A DNA stretch of 63,174 nt, the filler included, from Choristocarpus tenellus KU-1152 (lineage: Eukaryota; Protista; Phaeophyceae), in assembly GCA_964200185.2 (NCBI GenBank). It is 12 parts of 12 records of this genome, joined end to end, with 100 filler letters (N's around TTAATTAATTAA, not from the genome) between each part and the next. Parts side by side here need not be neighbours in the genome. Positions count along the whole stretch, not along the records: positions 59,968 to 63,174 come from CAXNAD020021544.1; 11 more parts are not named here. One strand, written 5' to 3'. Position numbers and translations under genes: made by a program. The notes under the pieces were generated by a model. The model saw nothing but the letters and a program-made list of their open reading frames with translations, made no database searches and was not told where the DNA came from. Below are positions 62,791 to 63,174 of this stretch, piece by piece. How positions within the stretch are numbered: the stretch's first letter is position 1; every line of letters starts with the position of its first letter.

Positions 62791-63174
62791 AATGAATTGC
62801 ATTAATTTTATTGCCAAGAAAAGTGAAGAGCTGTAAAAGTAGAAGTAAAGTGATTGATGTTTGGCATACATGGTATCAAGGGTCGATTGATCCTCCATTT
62901 GTACACCCTGGTGATTGGTGGTGGTATGACCACGATTGCGTTTGATTGGATGATGAAGAGGACAAATTATGAACAGCAAGTATTGCATGGTACCAAGCAT
63001 AAAACAGAACCAGAAGAATCAAGAGTGATAGAGCAATGCATCAATTGAACCTCCCTGTGATGTCTTCTTTGGTGTATTCTTTTTTTTTTTAGTGTTCTGG
63101 ATTGATAGCATATCCCCCCCCCCCCCCCCCCCCCCCCCCCCCACCTCCCCCCCCCCTCAACCCAACGCACCTCC

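Noticed and set aside
1-63174. Gene cluster linking the MFS, SHMT, GST and SENP genes
   Set aside because: They lie on unrelated contigs joined artificially; only GST and SENP share a contig.

Overview
Eukaryotic, repeat-rich DNA, most likely from a stramenopile alga of the brown-alga type. This is inferred from long GT-AG introns, interstitial TTAGGG tracts and an SHMT with a signal peptide plus ASF plastid-type presequence. The window is not one locus: it is 12 short contigs joined by 11 artificial 100-nt linkers (N44-TTAATTAATTAA-N44). Host gene fragments: an MFSD6-like transporter, SHMT exons 1-2, a GST-like last exon, the last two exons of a Ulp1/SENP SUMO protease, and some unknown spliced genes. 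Most of the rest is decayed transposable elements (Ty1/copia, Ty3/gypsy, CRE-like non-LTR, Penelope-like RT) and minisatellites. The main signal is a Sola2-like DNA-transposon system. It has a spliced, decayed DDD transposase gene (about 50.9-54.4 kb, minus strand) and about 28 copies of three non-autonomous MITE families (A about 260 bp, B about 180 bp, C about 200 bp foldback). The families share the terminal motif GRGTCAAAGTATCT and a subterminal GTCC(A/G)TTT(G/C)G box. Six family-A copies have perfect 4-bp target-site duplications, one has a matching empty site in the window, and family A has inserted into copia, gypsy and CRE elements, family B, a satellite and the transposase gene itself. 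All family assignments come from motif recognition by eye; no database search was run.
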